A stretch of DNA of 64,000 nt from Bacteroidales bacterium (GCA_030528715.1 JAUMYJ010000004.1:3095-67094), one strand, 5' to 3'. Positions 51,172-60,982 are shown, counted from the first letter of the stretch. Notes: generated by a model from the letters alone, not told the origin. A program made the numbers and translations.

Positions 51172-51921
51172 ATGATTACTGATCTAGCCACGATACTACC
51201 GATTCGTTGTGCGATTATTGATGATGAACCCTTAGCACTCGACTTGCTCGAAAGCTATGTTAATAAAACTCCTTTTCTAACACTCGTAGGTCGCTATGCT
51301 AACGCTATGCAAGCCTTACAAGGTTTGGCCAATGATCATGCTGAGCTTATCTTTTGCGACATTCAGATGCCAGACCTTGATGGGATAGAATTTTCTAAAA
51401 TGCTACCTGCTACGGCACGTGTGGTGTTTACCACTGCATTTAGCGAATATGCCATAGATGGCTTTCGTGTCAATGCGCTTGACTATCTTTTAAAGCCAAT
51501 TTCATATCCGATGTTTTGCGAAGCAGCTAATAAGGCTGTTGATTATTTTCGTTGCATAGAAGTCTCGGGTAGCACCATGTCTGATGAGAGTCGAGAAGAG
51601 GTTGATAGCATTTTTGTAAAAAGCGAATATAAACTTATTCGTGTGTTTCATAGCGATATACTTTATATTGAGGGCTTGAAAGATTATATTAAAATCTATC
51701 TTGAAGGTGGTAAAAAGCCTATTTTCTCGCTGATGAATATGAAGACGCTTGAAGAAAAGCTACCCGCGAGTAAATTCCAGCGTTTACATCGTTCTTATAT
51801 CGTAAATATGAGTAAGATAAGCTTGATAGAACGTGGTCAAATTGTTTTTGGAGATAAACATTTGCCTGTGTCGGAAACTTATAAAAAGGTCGTACAAGAT
51901 TACCTTGACCGTCATATGTAA
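51172..51921 (+). CDS. LytTR family response regulator
   Basis: IIDDEPLA, DIQMPDLDG, LDYLLKP receiver; YIEGLKDY, FQRLHRSYIVN LytTR domain. Confidence 0.93.
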   Translation: MITDLATILPIRCAIIDDEPLALDLLESYVNKTPFLTLVGRYANAMQALQGLANDHAELIFCDIQMPDLDGIEFSKMLPATARVVFTTAFSEYAIDGFRVNALDYLLKPISYPMFCEAANKAVDYFRCIEVSGSTMSDESREEVDSIFVKSEYKLIRVFHSDILYIEGLKDYIKIYLEGGKKPIFSLMNMKTLEEKLPASKFQRLHRSYIVNMSKISLIERGQIVFGDKHLPVSETYKKVVQDYLDRHM

Positions 51922-51989
51922 CATGCGTATGCTTGTGTGACAAAAAACTTATGTCTACATGGGGCAGTGAGTACTCATAGCAAAATGCT

Positions 51990-52074
51990 GTCTAACGCTC
52001 CTTGATATAGCTGTCTAACGCTCAATATATAGTAGTACAATGGGCGTTAGACAGCTGTTTAATGAGCGTTACAT
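51990..52074. repeat. Four-unit palindrome cassette with about 22-bp period (second family, copy B)
   Basis: gtctaacgctccttgatat-agct-gtctaacgctcaatatat-agta-gtacaatgggcgttagac-agct-gtttaatgagcgttacat; caaaatgctgtctaacg (51981-97) is the exact reverse complement of 31124-31140. Confidence 0.78.
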
Positions 52075-52185
52075 AGTAAAAACATGTTTTAAGCTTTTAT
52101 GGTCGTCATAAAAAGTACATCGCTATGCTCTTACTTTATGCTGTATCTAACTGCTGTAATAGCTTCATACACAGATAGAGAATAA

Positions 52186-52242
52186 ATAGTATCCCCTCTC
52201 CTTACAAGATGCGCAAGTGCGAGTAAGGGGAGGGGATACTAT
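52186..52242 (-). terminator. glmM terminator
   Basis: atagtatcccctc...gaggggatactat stem. Confidence 0.75.
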
Positions 52243-52263
52243 AAATGAATTGTGGGAAAACTT

Positions 52264-53655
52264 TTAAGCCTTAGCCATGCTGTAAACTACGTCCATAATT
52301 TCTTTCCCAAGAGCATCGGCTTCTTCCATCGTATGTGCTTCGCTATATACACGAATGATAGGCTCGGTATTGCTCTTGCGTAGATGCACCCATTTATCTT
52401 CAAAGTCTATTTTTACACCATCAATATCGCTGATTTCTTCTTTGCTATACAGCTCTTTGACTTTGGCCAAGATCGCATCTACATCGGTAGAGGCATCAAG
52501 GTCAATGCGATTTTTAGCGATGTAGTATTGAGGGTATGTGGCGCGTAGCTCGCTCATTGTTAGCTTGCGCTTAGCCAAGTAAGTGAGCATGAGGGCAATG
52601 CCTACGAGTGAGTCGCGTCCGTAGTGCGAGGCTGGATAGATTACACCGCCATTCCCTTCGCCACCGATGACAGCTCCTACTTCCTTCATCTTAGTGGTTA
52701 CATTTACCTCGCCCACGGCCGAGGCTGAATATGTACGGCCGTATTTGCGAGTTATGTCGCGTAGAGCACGTGTAGAGCTAAGGTTCGATACAGTGTTGCC
52801 AGGCGTATGTTGTAGCACATAGTCGGCCACGGTTACGAGGGTATATTCCTCGCCATACATCTCTCCATTTTCGCAGAACATAGCTAAGCGGTCTACGTCT
52901 GGATCTACAACGAAACCAATGTCATAGCTGCCCTTTTGCATGAGGGCTTTGAGGTCTTGTAGGTTCTTTTCGAGTGGCTCAGGGTCGTGTGCAAAATCGC
53001 CTGTTGGCTCAGTGTACAGACCAGTGTAGTTTTTCACACCAAGTGCTTCAAAAAGTTGAGGTAAGATGATGCCACCCACAGAGTTCACTGCATCAAAGGC
53101 TACCGAGAAGTTAGCCTCTTGAATGGCTTTAACGTCTACAAGGTCTAGTTCTAGTACAGCTTGTATGTGCTTGGCGTTGTATGTATTGTCTTCGGTATAT
53201 TTGCCTATACCATCTACGGTTTCGTAGACAAAGTCGGCTTCATCAGCTAAGCGCACTACCTCAGCTGCATCAGCTGGTGGCAAAAATTCGCCACGCTCGT
53301 TGAGAAATTTGAGTGCATTCCAATGGCGTGGGTTATGGCTTGCTGTGAGAATGATGCCTCCTACGGCACGCTCCATTGTTACGGCTACTTCGGTTGTTGG
53401 CGTAGTAGCCAAACCGATATTTACCACATCGAAGCCCATGCTAAGCAGGGTGCCACACACGACTTGAGACACCATTTGGCCAGAGATGCGTGCATCGCGA
53501 CCTACAACGATTTTTTTCTCGTATTCGCCTACGTATTTTTTACGCATTTCGGCATAGGCCGAAACTGATTTTACGATATCAATGGGGCTAAGCGTGTCAC
53601 CACTCTTGCCACCGATTGTGCCACGAAAGCCAGAGATAGATTTGATTAGAGTCAT
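52264..53655 (-). CDS. glmM: Phosphoglucosamine mutase
   Basis: LTASHNP phosphoserine loop, DPDVDR, GGEGNGG, LRKSNTEP; promoter TAAATTTG at 53691-98 (- strand). Confidence 0.88.
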   Translation of the reverse strand: MTLIKSISGFRGTIGGKSGDTLSPIDIVKSVSAYAEMRKKYVGEYEKKIVVGRDARISGQMVSQVVCGTLLSMGFDVVNIGLATTPTTEVAVTMERAVGGIILTASHNPRHWNALKFLNERGEFLPPADAAEVVRLADEADFVYETVDGIGKYTEDNTYNAKHIQAVLELDLVDVKAIQEANFSVAFDAVNSVGGIILPQLFEALGVKNYTGLYTEPTGDFAHDPEPLEKNLQDLKALMQKGSYDIGFVVDPDVDRLAMFCENGEMYGEEYTLVTVADYVLQHTPGNTVSNLSSTRALRDITRKYGRTYSASAVGEVNVTTKMKEVGAVIGGEGNGGVIYPASHYGRDSLVGIALMLTYLAKRKLTMSELRATYPQYYIAKNRIDLDASTDVDAILAKVKELYSKEEISDIDGVKIDFEDKWVHLRKSNTEPIIRVYSEAHTMEEADALGKEIMDVVYSMAKA

Positions 53656-53749
53656 TTGGAGTAGGTAATGAATTAGCTTGTATTGAGCTGCAAATTTACT
53701 AAATAATCTGAGTTACACTAATGTTTGGTCACTATTTTTTGCAAAAATG

Positions 53750-54244
53750 CTAAGGCAATACGGTAAATTTCTTGCGTGCTGTGACAAAGTAGTTTAGTGT
53801 GCTGGTAGTAGAAGTTACTAAAAGCCCTTGATAGGTATAAGGGGCAGGCGCAGGCATAGCTTGACCATTCACGCTCCACTGAGCGGTAAAAACGATTTCG
53901 TGTGTACCACGTGTCGTGGCTAGTATTTTCATCGTAGGAGAGCTACTCTCGCTATATAGACGTGGTGTGGTGTATTGAGGTTGAGCGTTTTCCCATAGCT
54001 CGCCTACGCTCCATGTATAACGTGCTGAGCCAAGATTTGTGCCGTGTGTGCGCTCTACGAGTGTAAACGTAACGCTGTCGCCTACGTGTATTACTTCGGG
54101 CGAAGAGATGAGCTCAATATAGGTGGGAAATACAGAACGATATTTGTTGTCGTCATCGTTGTGACAGGCTGTAAACCCGAAGACAAGCATGGCTGTGGCC
54201 AAAGTAGAGACGGCTAGACGGAGAGTGGCTTTTATTCGTAGCAT
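53750..54244 (-). CDS. Hypothetical surface lipoprotein (Ig/PKD-like)
   Basis: FGFTAC lipobox followed by acidic HNDDD; VGDSVTF...YTW beta-rich pattern. Confidence 0.7.
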   Translation of the reverse strand: MLRIKATLRLAVSTLATAMLVFGFTACHNDDDNKYRSVFPTYIELISSPEVIHVGDSVTFTLVERTHGTNLGSARYTWSVGELWENAQPQYTTPRLYSESSSPTMKILATTRGTHEIVFTAQWSVNGQAMPAPAPYTYQGLLVTSTTSTLNYFVTARKKFTVLP

Positions 54245-54297
54245 AATGGTAAGTGTATGATGTGTTAACTTGTAAATGAGGGGATAAATAGGGTAGG

Positions 54298-54918
54298 TTA
54301 GGACTCTAACGTTCCTTTGCCTTGCCGCACGATTTCTAGCACCTCTTCGGTACAGCGAACAATCGTAGACTGCTCCACTAGGCGTTCACCGCCATCAATA
54401 ACGAGGTCTACGATGCTATCGAATGCCTCGGCTAAGAGCTCGGGTGTACCAAGGTCGGCCTCGTCAAGGACATCAGTAGCTGGCACACTGGTTGTCATTA
54501 GTGGAGCTTCGAGGAGGGTACAAATCTCTCGTAGCATAGGCTCTTTGGGCATGCGTATACCCACTTCTTTCCCTTGTCGACCTTGAAATACTTTGGGTAG
54601 TTTATTTAGGCCAGGTAATATAAAGGTAAATGCACCAGGAAGGTGTTTGCGCATGAGCTTATAGGTCGGTGTACTGATGCGGGCATACTCGCTGACTTGG
54701 CTTAGGTCGTAGCAAATGATTGAGAGCGACTGGCGCTTGGGGTCAATGCCTTTGATGTGGCAAATGCGCTCAATAGCACGTTCACGCATAGCATGGCAAC
54801 CGATGGCGTAGCTTGTGTCCGTAGGATAGATGATAATCCCGCCATCGTTAAGTATATTAACGATGCGTTGGAGTGTACGCGGGTCATTGTCTTTGTTATA
54901 GAGCTTGATAATTGGCAT
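54298..54918 (-). CDS. Sua5/YciO/YrdC family protein
   Basis: IIYPTDTSYAIGC, PGAFTFIL, VGIRMP, PLMTTS. Confidence 0.9.
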   Translation of the reverse strand: MPIIKLYNKDNDPRTLQRIVNILNDGGIIIYPTDTSYAIGCHAMRERAIERICHIKGIDPKRQSLSIICYDLSQVSEYARISTPTYKLMRKHLPGAFTFILPGLNKLPKVFQGRQGKEVGIRMPKEPMLREICTLLEAPLMTTSVPATDVLDEADLGTPELLAEAFDSIVDLVIDGGERLVEQSTIVRCTEEVLEIVRQGKGTLES

Positions 54919-54925
54919 GGTGGTA

Positions 54926-55531
54926 TTAGGCTAGTGGTGGTATAGCTTTAAGTTCGTGGTATAGCCGTTGTACAGGTAGCCCCATAACATTATAAAAGCT
55001 CCCCTCAATGCCTTCGATTGCAGCCATGCCAATCCACTCTTGGATACCATAGCTACCTGCCTTGTCCAAAGGCGAATAATGGTCTACGTAATAGTCTATT
55101 TCCTCTTGCGTAAGTGCTCCAAAGTGTACAGTACTTGTTACAGAGAACGTTTTTTGTGTAGAAGGTGTCATCAGGCTTACAGCTGTAATCACTTGGTGTG
55201 TGCGTCCTGCCATCTTTTGGAGCATGCACTTGGCATCGGCTGCATTGGTGGGCTTTCCCAAAGCAAGATTGTCTAGACATACCACCGTATCTGCTGTGAT
55301 GATAATTGTTGTGGGTGTATGCCATGTGGTATAGGCCTTGGCTTTCTTTTGCGAGATGTAGGCAGCTACTTCATGAGCGGCTAGTGTAGCAGGGTAGCTT
55401 TCGTCAATATCTTGTAGTGTGCGCACATCAAATACGATATCAAGTCCTGCTAGCAACTCACGTCTGCGAGGCGAGTTGCTAGCAAGGATGATGGTATAGC
55501 CGTTTAGGTTGTCAAGCATAGGTAGAGCCAT
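54926..55531 (-). CDS. maf: Maf family nucleotide pyrophosphatase (start may be 55519)
   Basis: ILASNSPRRRELL, ITADTVV, DKAGSYGIQ, NVMGLP. Confidence 0.93.
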   Translation of the reverse strand: MALPMLDNLNGYTIILASNSPRRRELLAGLDIVFDVRTLQDIDESYPATLAAHEVAAYISQKKAKAYTTWHTPTTIIITADTVVCLDNLALGKPTNAADAKCMLQKMAGRTHQVITAVSLMTPSTQKTFSVTSTVHFGALTQEEIDYYVDHYSPLDKAGSYGIQEWIGMAAIEGIEGSFYNVMGLPVQRLYHELKAIPPLA

Positions 55532-55534
55532 TTA

Positions 55535-56872
55535 CTAGATAACACCTTGTTGGAGCATGGCACGTGCTACTTTCAAGAAGCCTGCCACATTTGCTCCTTT
55601 GACATAGTTGCAATAACCATCAGCTTCTTGTCCATGCGTGATGCATTGCGTGTGAATATCAGCCATGATTTGATGTAGACGTGCATCAACTTCGGCATTA
55701 CTCCAATTGAGGTGCATTGCATTTTGTGTCATTTCCAAGCCAGAGGTGGCTACACCGCCAGCGTTTACAGCTTTGCCTGGGGCAAAGAGTGTATGCTGTG
55801 CCAAGAAATAGTCAGTAGCTTCGGCTGTACAGCCCATGTTGGATACCTCGGCTACGCACAGCACGCCATTAGCAACAAGCTGTTTAGCATCTGCTAGAGT
55901 AAGCTCGTTTTGCGTAGCACAAGGTAGGGCGATATCTACTTTGACTCCCCATGGTCGCTCATTGGGATAGAATGTAGCTGTGGGGAAATCATCGGCGTAG
56001 GGAGCAACAATGTCGTTGCCACTCTCGCGCAGTTCGAGCATGTAGTTTATCTTTTCACCCGTTACCCCTTCTGGGTCATAGATATATCCATCGGGGCCTG
56101 AAAGTGTTACGACCTTGGCACCTAGTTCGGTAGCTTTTAGCGTTGCCCCCCAAGCTACGTTACCAAATCCCGACACTGCAATTGTTTTGCCTGCCAAGCT
56201 ATCGCCCTTGACAGCTAGCATTTGCTGCACAAAATAGAGTGCGCCAAAGCCAGTTGCCTCTGGGCGTAGGTTGCTGCCACCGAAGGCTAATCCTTTGCCT
56301 GTAAATGTGCCAGTGTGCTCACGCGCTATTTTTTTGTACATGCCATAAAGATAGCCCACTTCGCGACCACCGACACCGATATCTCCTGCTGGTATATCAG
56401 TATCAGGACCGATATTGCGCCATAATTCTAGCATAAAAGCTTGACAAAAACGCATGATTTCACCGTTTGATTTGCCACGTGGAGAGAAATCTGAGCCCCC
56501 CTTCGCGCCTCCCATTGGTAGTGTTGTAAGTGCGTTCTTAAACGTTTGTTCGAAGGCCAGAAATTTGAGTATGCTTAAATTGACTGAGGCATGAAAGCGT
56601 ATGCCACCTTTATAAGGGCCAATGGCATTGTTAAATTGCACGCGATAGCCCGTGTTAACTTGTATGTCACCGCGGTCGTCTACCCATGCTACGCGGAACG
56701 ATAAGACGCGGTCGGGCTCTATCAAACGCTCTATGATACGCGCTTTTTCAAACTCAGGATGCTCGTTGTACACTTCGCTTATAGAGTGTACCACCTCACG
56801 CACGGCTTGCAAAAACTCTGGCTCGTGGGTATGCTTGGCTTCTAGGTCAAGCAGTAATTTGTCGGTGTCCAT
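55535..56872 (-). CDS. gdhA: Glutamate dehydrogenase (NAD(P)-dependent)
   Basis: GPYKGGIRFH, LPMGGAKGGSDF, PAGDIGVG, RPEATG, SGFGNV. Confidence 0.96.
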   Translation of the reverse strand: MDTDKLLLDLEAKHTHEPEFLQAVREVVHSISEVYNEHPEFEKARIIERLIEPDRVLSFRVAWVDDRGDIQVNTGYRVQFNNAIGPYKGGIRFHASVNLSILKFLAFEQTFKNALTTLPMGGAKGGSDFSPRGKSNGEIMRFCQAFMLELWRNIGPDTDIPAGDIGVGGREVGYLYGMYKKIAREHTGTFTGKGLAFGGSNLRPEATGFGALYFVQQMLAVKGDSLAGKTIAVSGFGNVAWGATLKATELGAKVVTLSGPDGYIYDPEGVTGEKINYMLELRESGNDIVAPYADDFPTATFYPNERPWGVKVDIALPCATQNELTLADAKQLVANGVLCVAEVSNMGCTAEATDYFLAQHTLFAPGKAVNAGGVATSGLEMTQNAMHLNWSNAEVDARLHQIMADIHTQCITHGQEADGYCNYVKGANVAGFLKVARAMLQQGVI

Positions 56873-57028
56873 AATTGTGTCGTATTGTGATGTCGTGATA
56901 AGTGTAGGCTAATTTACCACTTATTTTGCAAACTGCCGCCTCTCTTAGGACAATATCTTTGCCATTTGACTAGAAATGCGCTTTTTTTCGTAAGTTTGCA
57001 CTCATGCATTAAGCTATTTATCCTTGCC

Positions 57029-60013
57029 ATGAATACCAGTCAAAAAAACGAACTATTCCACCGTTTCGAGGAACTTATACGCCAAGATACTCCATTTGCT
57101 CAACTCATGAGTAAGCGTATCTATAACGTGCTACTCGTTGCGACGAAATACGATGCTTTTATGCTCGAAGACGATGGACGCGTAGATGAGCAGATATTTA
57201 ATGAGTATGTAGCACTAAACCTTAGCTACCCGCCTCGCTTTACACAAGTATCTACGCCCGAAGAGGCGGTTGAAATGCTTCGCACACGTAGCTTCGAACT
57301 TATCATATATATGCCCAATATGTATGACAAGAATGCCTTTGCCTCAGCGCGTCAAATCAAGCAGGTCTTTTCGCGTATCCCTATGGTGGTACTTACTCCA
57401 TTTTCACATGAGGTAAGTAGGCGTATGGCTAAGGAGGACTTAGGAAATATTGACTATGTATTTTCGTGGCTGGGTGATGCTAGTCTACTACTGGCTATCA
57501 TAAAACTCATTGAGGACGAGATGAATATCGATGATGATACAGCAGCAGTAGGTGTGCAAGTCATACTTGTTGTAGAAGATTCGGTGCGTTTTTATTCTTC
57601 GGTTTTGACCCATCTCTATAAGTTTATTCTGGAGCAAAGTCGCATTTTTGCACAAGAGGCACTCAACCCACAGATGCAAAAACTTCGTATGCGAGGACGC
57701 CCCAAAATCAAACTCGCTCGCCGTTATGAAGAGGCTGTGGCTTTTTTTGACCACTATAAGCAGCACATTTTGGGCGTGATTACTGACATGAGCTATATGC
57801 GTGATGGGGTCAAAGATGAGTTTGCAGGTTTTCGTTTAGGACAGCATATACAGCGCAGTGGTGAGATTGTGCCACTTATCATTGATTCGAGTGATGTGAA
57901 CAATCGTGCTAAGGCCAAAGAGTTGGGTGCTTCGTTCTTGGATAAAAACTCTAAAACATTTCCGCAAGATTTGCGTCGTAGCATCATGCGTCGCTTAGGA
58001 TTTGGCGATTTTATTATCATAAATCCCGAAGATGATACGGAGGTTATGCGTATTACCGATTTGCCCGATTTGCAGCGTAAGCTCAATGATATACCCGATA
58101 GTTCCTTAGAGTTTCACTTGCGTCGCAATCACTTCTCACGTTTCTTGTTCTCACGTGCTATATTCCCTCTATCTAGCATTTTGCGTCAAGTGCAGGTTGA
58201 TGAGCACGATACACTTGCCGATGCTCGTGCATTTATTCACGCCATCATTGACCAATACCGCCGCTCACGCCATGCTGGTGTGGTAGCGACGTACCAGAAA
58301 GATAAGTTTGATACGTATAGCAATTTTGCGCGTATTGGTGAAGGGTCGCTAGGTGGTAAAGGGAGAGGTTTGGCTTTTATGGGAACAATGGTCAAGCGAC
58401 ACAAGCAGCTTGGTACAGACGATTTTAAGGTAAATATACCGAAGACTACCGTCATCTGTACAGACATTTTTGATGCCTTTATGGAAGACAACGACCTTTA
58501 CCCCATAGCTCTAAGCGATGCTACGGACAAGGAAATTCTCAACGCTTTTCTTAACGCGCATTTGCCCGAGCCACTCATCGAAGACCTTGCAGGTCTTATC
58601 CGTGTGATGCAGGGACCATTAGCTGTGCGATCGTCTAGCTTGCTAGAAGACTCTCACTACCAGCCATTTGCTGGGGTTTATTCCACTTACATGGTGCCAC
58701 CATGTGCTACCCCCGAAGAAACGCTGCTACGTGTCAAAAAAGCCATTAAAGGAGTTTATGCTTCGGTTTTTTTTGCCGATAGCAAGACGTATATGACCGT
58801 GACTTCTAATATCATTGACCAAGAAAAAATGGCCGTGGTTATCCAAGAAGTAGTGGGCAGCGACCACGAGGGCTACTATTACCCTGCTTTATCGGGGGTA
58901 GCCCGCTCGCTCAACTTTTATCCTATTGGAGATGAGCAAATTGGAGATGGCGTAGCCAATGTTGCCTTGGGGCTTGGCAAGCACATCGTAGATGGTGGTG
59001 TAACGTTGCGCTTCTCTCCACGTCACCCCAATAAGATTTTGCAGCTATCGTGCACCGAGTTTGCTCTGCGTGATACACAGACCAAGTTTTTAGCTCTCAA
59101 TCTTACCGATAATTTTGATGATATCAGTGAGGTCGATGGCTTTAACTTGCATCGTCTTACTCTCCGTGAGGCCGATGCTCATGGTGTGTTGCGACATATT
59201 GCCTCTACCTACGATGCACAAAATATGGCAGTATGGGACGGCTATTATAAAGTTGGGCGTAAGATAATTTCTTTTGTTCACATTCTCCAACATGGTGTAT
59301 TCCCCTTGGCAGAAACCATTGACGAACTACTACGTATTGGAGCACGCGAAATGGGAAAGCCCGTAGAAATAGAGTTTGCCATGGATTTAGATTGGGCATC
59401 GGGGGGTAAGCAAGCTCAGTTTTATCTCTTGCAGATACGTCCTATCGTACATACAGGAAACGATGAGGTTGAAGACCTACGCCAAGCCGATACAACACAA
59501 GCTCTCATCTACGCACCTCAAGCACTAGGACACGGCACTAATAGCGAGTGTCGTGACATCGTTTATGTCAAACTTGATGGCTACAACCCTGCGAACAATA
59601 TGGTTATCGCACAAGAAATAGCCCATATCAACCAAACGCTTTTAGAGCAAGGTCGCCCATATACGTTGATAGGTCCAGGTCGTTGGGGAAGTAGCGACCA
59701 TTGGCTCGGCATACCTGTTAATTGGCCACAAATCAGTCAAGCACGTTGCATCGTAGAATGTTCTACCGATACGTATCAAGTAGATCCGAGCCAAGGTACA
59801 CACTTTTTTCAAAACCTCACAAGTTTTGGTGTGAGCTACCTAACGATAGCTCCTTTTCGTGGGAGTGGTGCGTGGGACGAGGCTTACCTCAATACTCTAC
59901 CTGCCGAGCATGAAACTGACTACGTGCGTCATGTACGCCTAGATACTCCGCTGACGATCAAGATAGATGGGCCACATCATATAGGTATAGTCTATAAGCC
60001 AGAGCTTTCATAG
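57029..60013 (+). CDS. PEP-synthase-like protein: receiver-like domains plus PEP/pyruvate-binding (PPDK N-terminal) domain
   Basis: ILVVEDS receiver-like segment; GSLGGKGRGL, LAVRSSSLLED, FAGVYST, EIEFA, LLQIRP; promoter TAAGTTTG at 56991-98. Confidence 0.85.
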   Translation: MNTSQKNELFHRFEELIRQDTPFAQLMSKRIYNVLLVATKYDAFMLEDDGRVDEQIFNEYVALNLSYPPRFTQVSTPEEAVEMLRTRSFELIIYMPNMYDKNAFASARQIKQVFSRIPMVVLTPFSHEVSRRMAKEDLGNIDYVFSWLGDASLLLAIIKLIEDEMNIDDDTAAVGVQVILVVEDSVRFYSSVLTHLYKFILEQSRIFAQEALNPQMQKLRMRGRPKIKLARRYEEAVAFFDHYKQHILGVITDMSYMRDGVKDEFAGFRLGQHIQRSGEIVPLIIDSSDVNNRAKAKELGASFLDKNSKTFPQDLRRSIMRRLGFGDFIIINPEDDTEVMRITDLPDLQRKLNDIPDSSLEFHLRRNHFSRFLFSRAIFPLSSILRQVQVDEHDTLADARAFIHAIIDQYRRSRHAGVVATYQKDKFDTYSNFARIGEGSLGGKGRGLAFMGTMVKRHKQLGTDDFKVNIPKTTVICTDIFDAFMEDNDLYPIALSDATDKEILNAFLNAHLPEPLIEDLAGLIRVMQGPLAVRSSSLLEDSHYQPFAGVYSTYMVPPCATPEETLLRVKKAIKGVYASVFFADSKTYMTVTSNIIDQEKMAVVIQEVVGSDHEGYYYPALSGVARSLNFYPIGDEQIGDGVANVALGLGKHIVDGGVTLRFSPRHPNKILQLSCTEFALRDTQTKFLALNLTDNFDDISEVDGFNLHRLTLREADAHGVLRHIASTYDAQNMAVWDGYYKVGRKIISFVHILQHGVFPLAETIDELLRIGAREMGKPVEIEFAMDLDWASGGKQAQFYLLQIRPIVHTGNDEVEDLRQADTTQALIYAPQALGHGTNSECRDIVYVKLDGYNPANNMVIAQEIAHINQTLLEQGRPYTLIGPGRWGSSDHWLGIPVNWPQISQARCIVECSTDTYQVDPSQGTHFFQNLTSFGVSYLTIAPFRGSGAWDEAYLNTLPAEHETDYVRHVRLDTPLTIKIDGPHHIGIVYKPELS

Positions 60014-60058
60014 TTTTAGGTGTATGTATTACGTCCGCTCGTGTAGCCACTTAGCCTT

Positions 60059-60138
60059 GTGTCGCATAGTGGCACGCATGTGCCGTGTACAGATACGAAT
60101 GAGCCACGACAGGGTACGTATGTGCCAAGTCATGGCAC
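60059..60138. repeat. Four-unit 21-bp-period palindrome cassette (copy 5)
   Basis: gtgtcgcatagtggcac-gcat-gtgccgtgtacagatac-gaat-gagccacgacagggtac-gtat-gtgccaagtcatggcac. Confidence 0.88.
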
Positions 60139-60165
60139 AACTTGGAGTAAGAAATATCATGAAAA

Positions 60166-60211
60166 AGTGGGGCGAAAATTTGGATTTTGCCCCACTCGTG
60201 TTGTATCTTTG
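60166..60211 (+). promoter_or_regulatory. Promoter of the HU-like gene, -33 element inside an inverted repeat
   Basis: TTTG (60179-82), N21, TATCTTTG (60204-11); agtggggcgaaa / ttttgccccact flank the TTTG. Confidence 0.65.
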
Positions 60212-60241
60212 CACTAACCTTAATCGTAAAACACAGAAAAA

Positions 60242-60919
60242 ATGACACACATTACATTGCGCCGTATGGCTCAAGGTATGCATGCTAGCCGTGCACAACT
60301 TACCACACACTTTGCTACTCACGAACGTATAGCACTCGACCAGATAGCTGCCGAGATTGCGCAGCAGTGTACGCTGACTCGTGCTGATGTTTTAGGCTGC
60401 ATTGTCGCATTGACAGAGATGGTGGCCAAGTATACAGCACGTGGGTGTAGTGTATCGTTGGGTGAGTTGGGCACGTTTACCGCTTCACTCACTTCAACCA
60501 CGACACCTACACACTCCCATACCGAGGTTGAGGCTCATCGCGAGGCTACGACCGACATACCCAAGGAAACTAACGAGGCGGTGCGTGTTGTAGATGTGCA
60601 TGTGCGGCGTATTAACTTTCGTGCAGGACGCACTTTACTACAACTCGCCAATGAACGCTTACAGCAATCTGTCGTAAAACCAAAGTGTGTATTACCACAA
60701 CTGCGGCCACAAACTACACGTACAGAGCGTTTAGCCTTGGTACAACGCTATTTGCATAGGTATGGGGTCATTAGCGTGCGACAATACATGCAGCTGGCCA
60801 ATATTAGTCATCGACGTGCAGCAGAGGAGTTGCGTTATTGGCGAGAGAGACCAGAAACACACATAGGAACAGCTGGCTGTGGTACACATAGAATGGCTGT
60901 ATGGATAGGTACGCGGTAA
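60242..60919 (+). CDS. HU/IHF-like DNA-binding protein with C-terminal winged-helix domain
   Basis: IAAEIAQQCTLTRADV...GCSVSLGELGTF...INFRA HU-like pattern; ERLALVQRYLHRYGVISVRQYMQLANISHRRAAEEL HTH-like tail. Confidence 0.8.
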   Translation: MTHITLRRMAQGMHASRAQLTTHFATHERIALDQIAAEIAQQCTLTRADVLGCIVALTEMVAKYTARGCSVSLGELGTFTASLTSTTTPTHSHTEVEAHREATTDIPKETNEAVRVVDVHVRRINFRAGRTLLQLANERLQQSVVKPKCVLPQLRPQTTRTERLALVQRYLHRYGVISVRQYMQLANISHRRAAEELRYWRERPETHIGTAGCGTHRMAVWIGTR

Positions 60920-60946
60920 GTAGCGCATATGAGCCATATATAGCGT

Positions 60947-60982
60947 GAGCTGCAAAGAACTTAAAACGTATCTTTGCAGCTC
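60947..60982. terminator. Hairpin between convergent genes
   Basis: gagctgcaaaga...tctttgcagctc 12-bp stem. Confidence 0.55.

Noticed and set aside
60024-60322. Short ORFs around the HU-like promoter
   Set aside because: They are read through the repeat cassette and promoter; Cys/His/Met/Arg periodicity mirrors the DNA repeat
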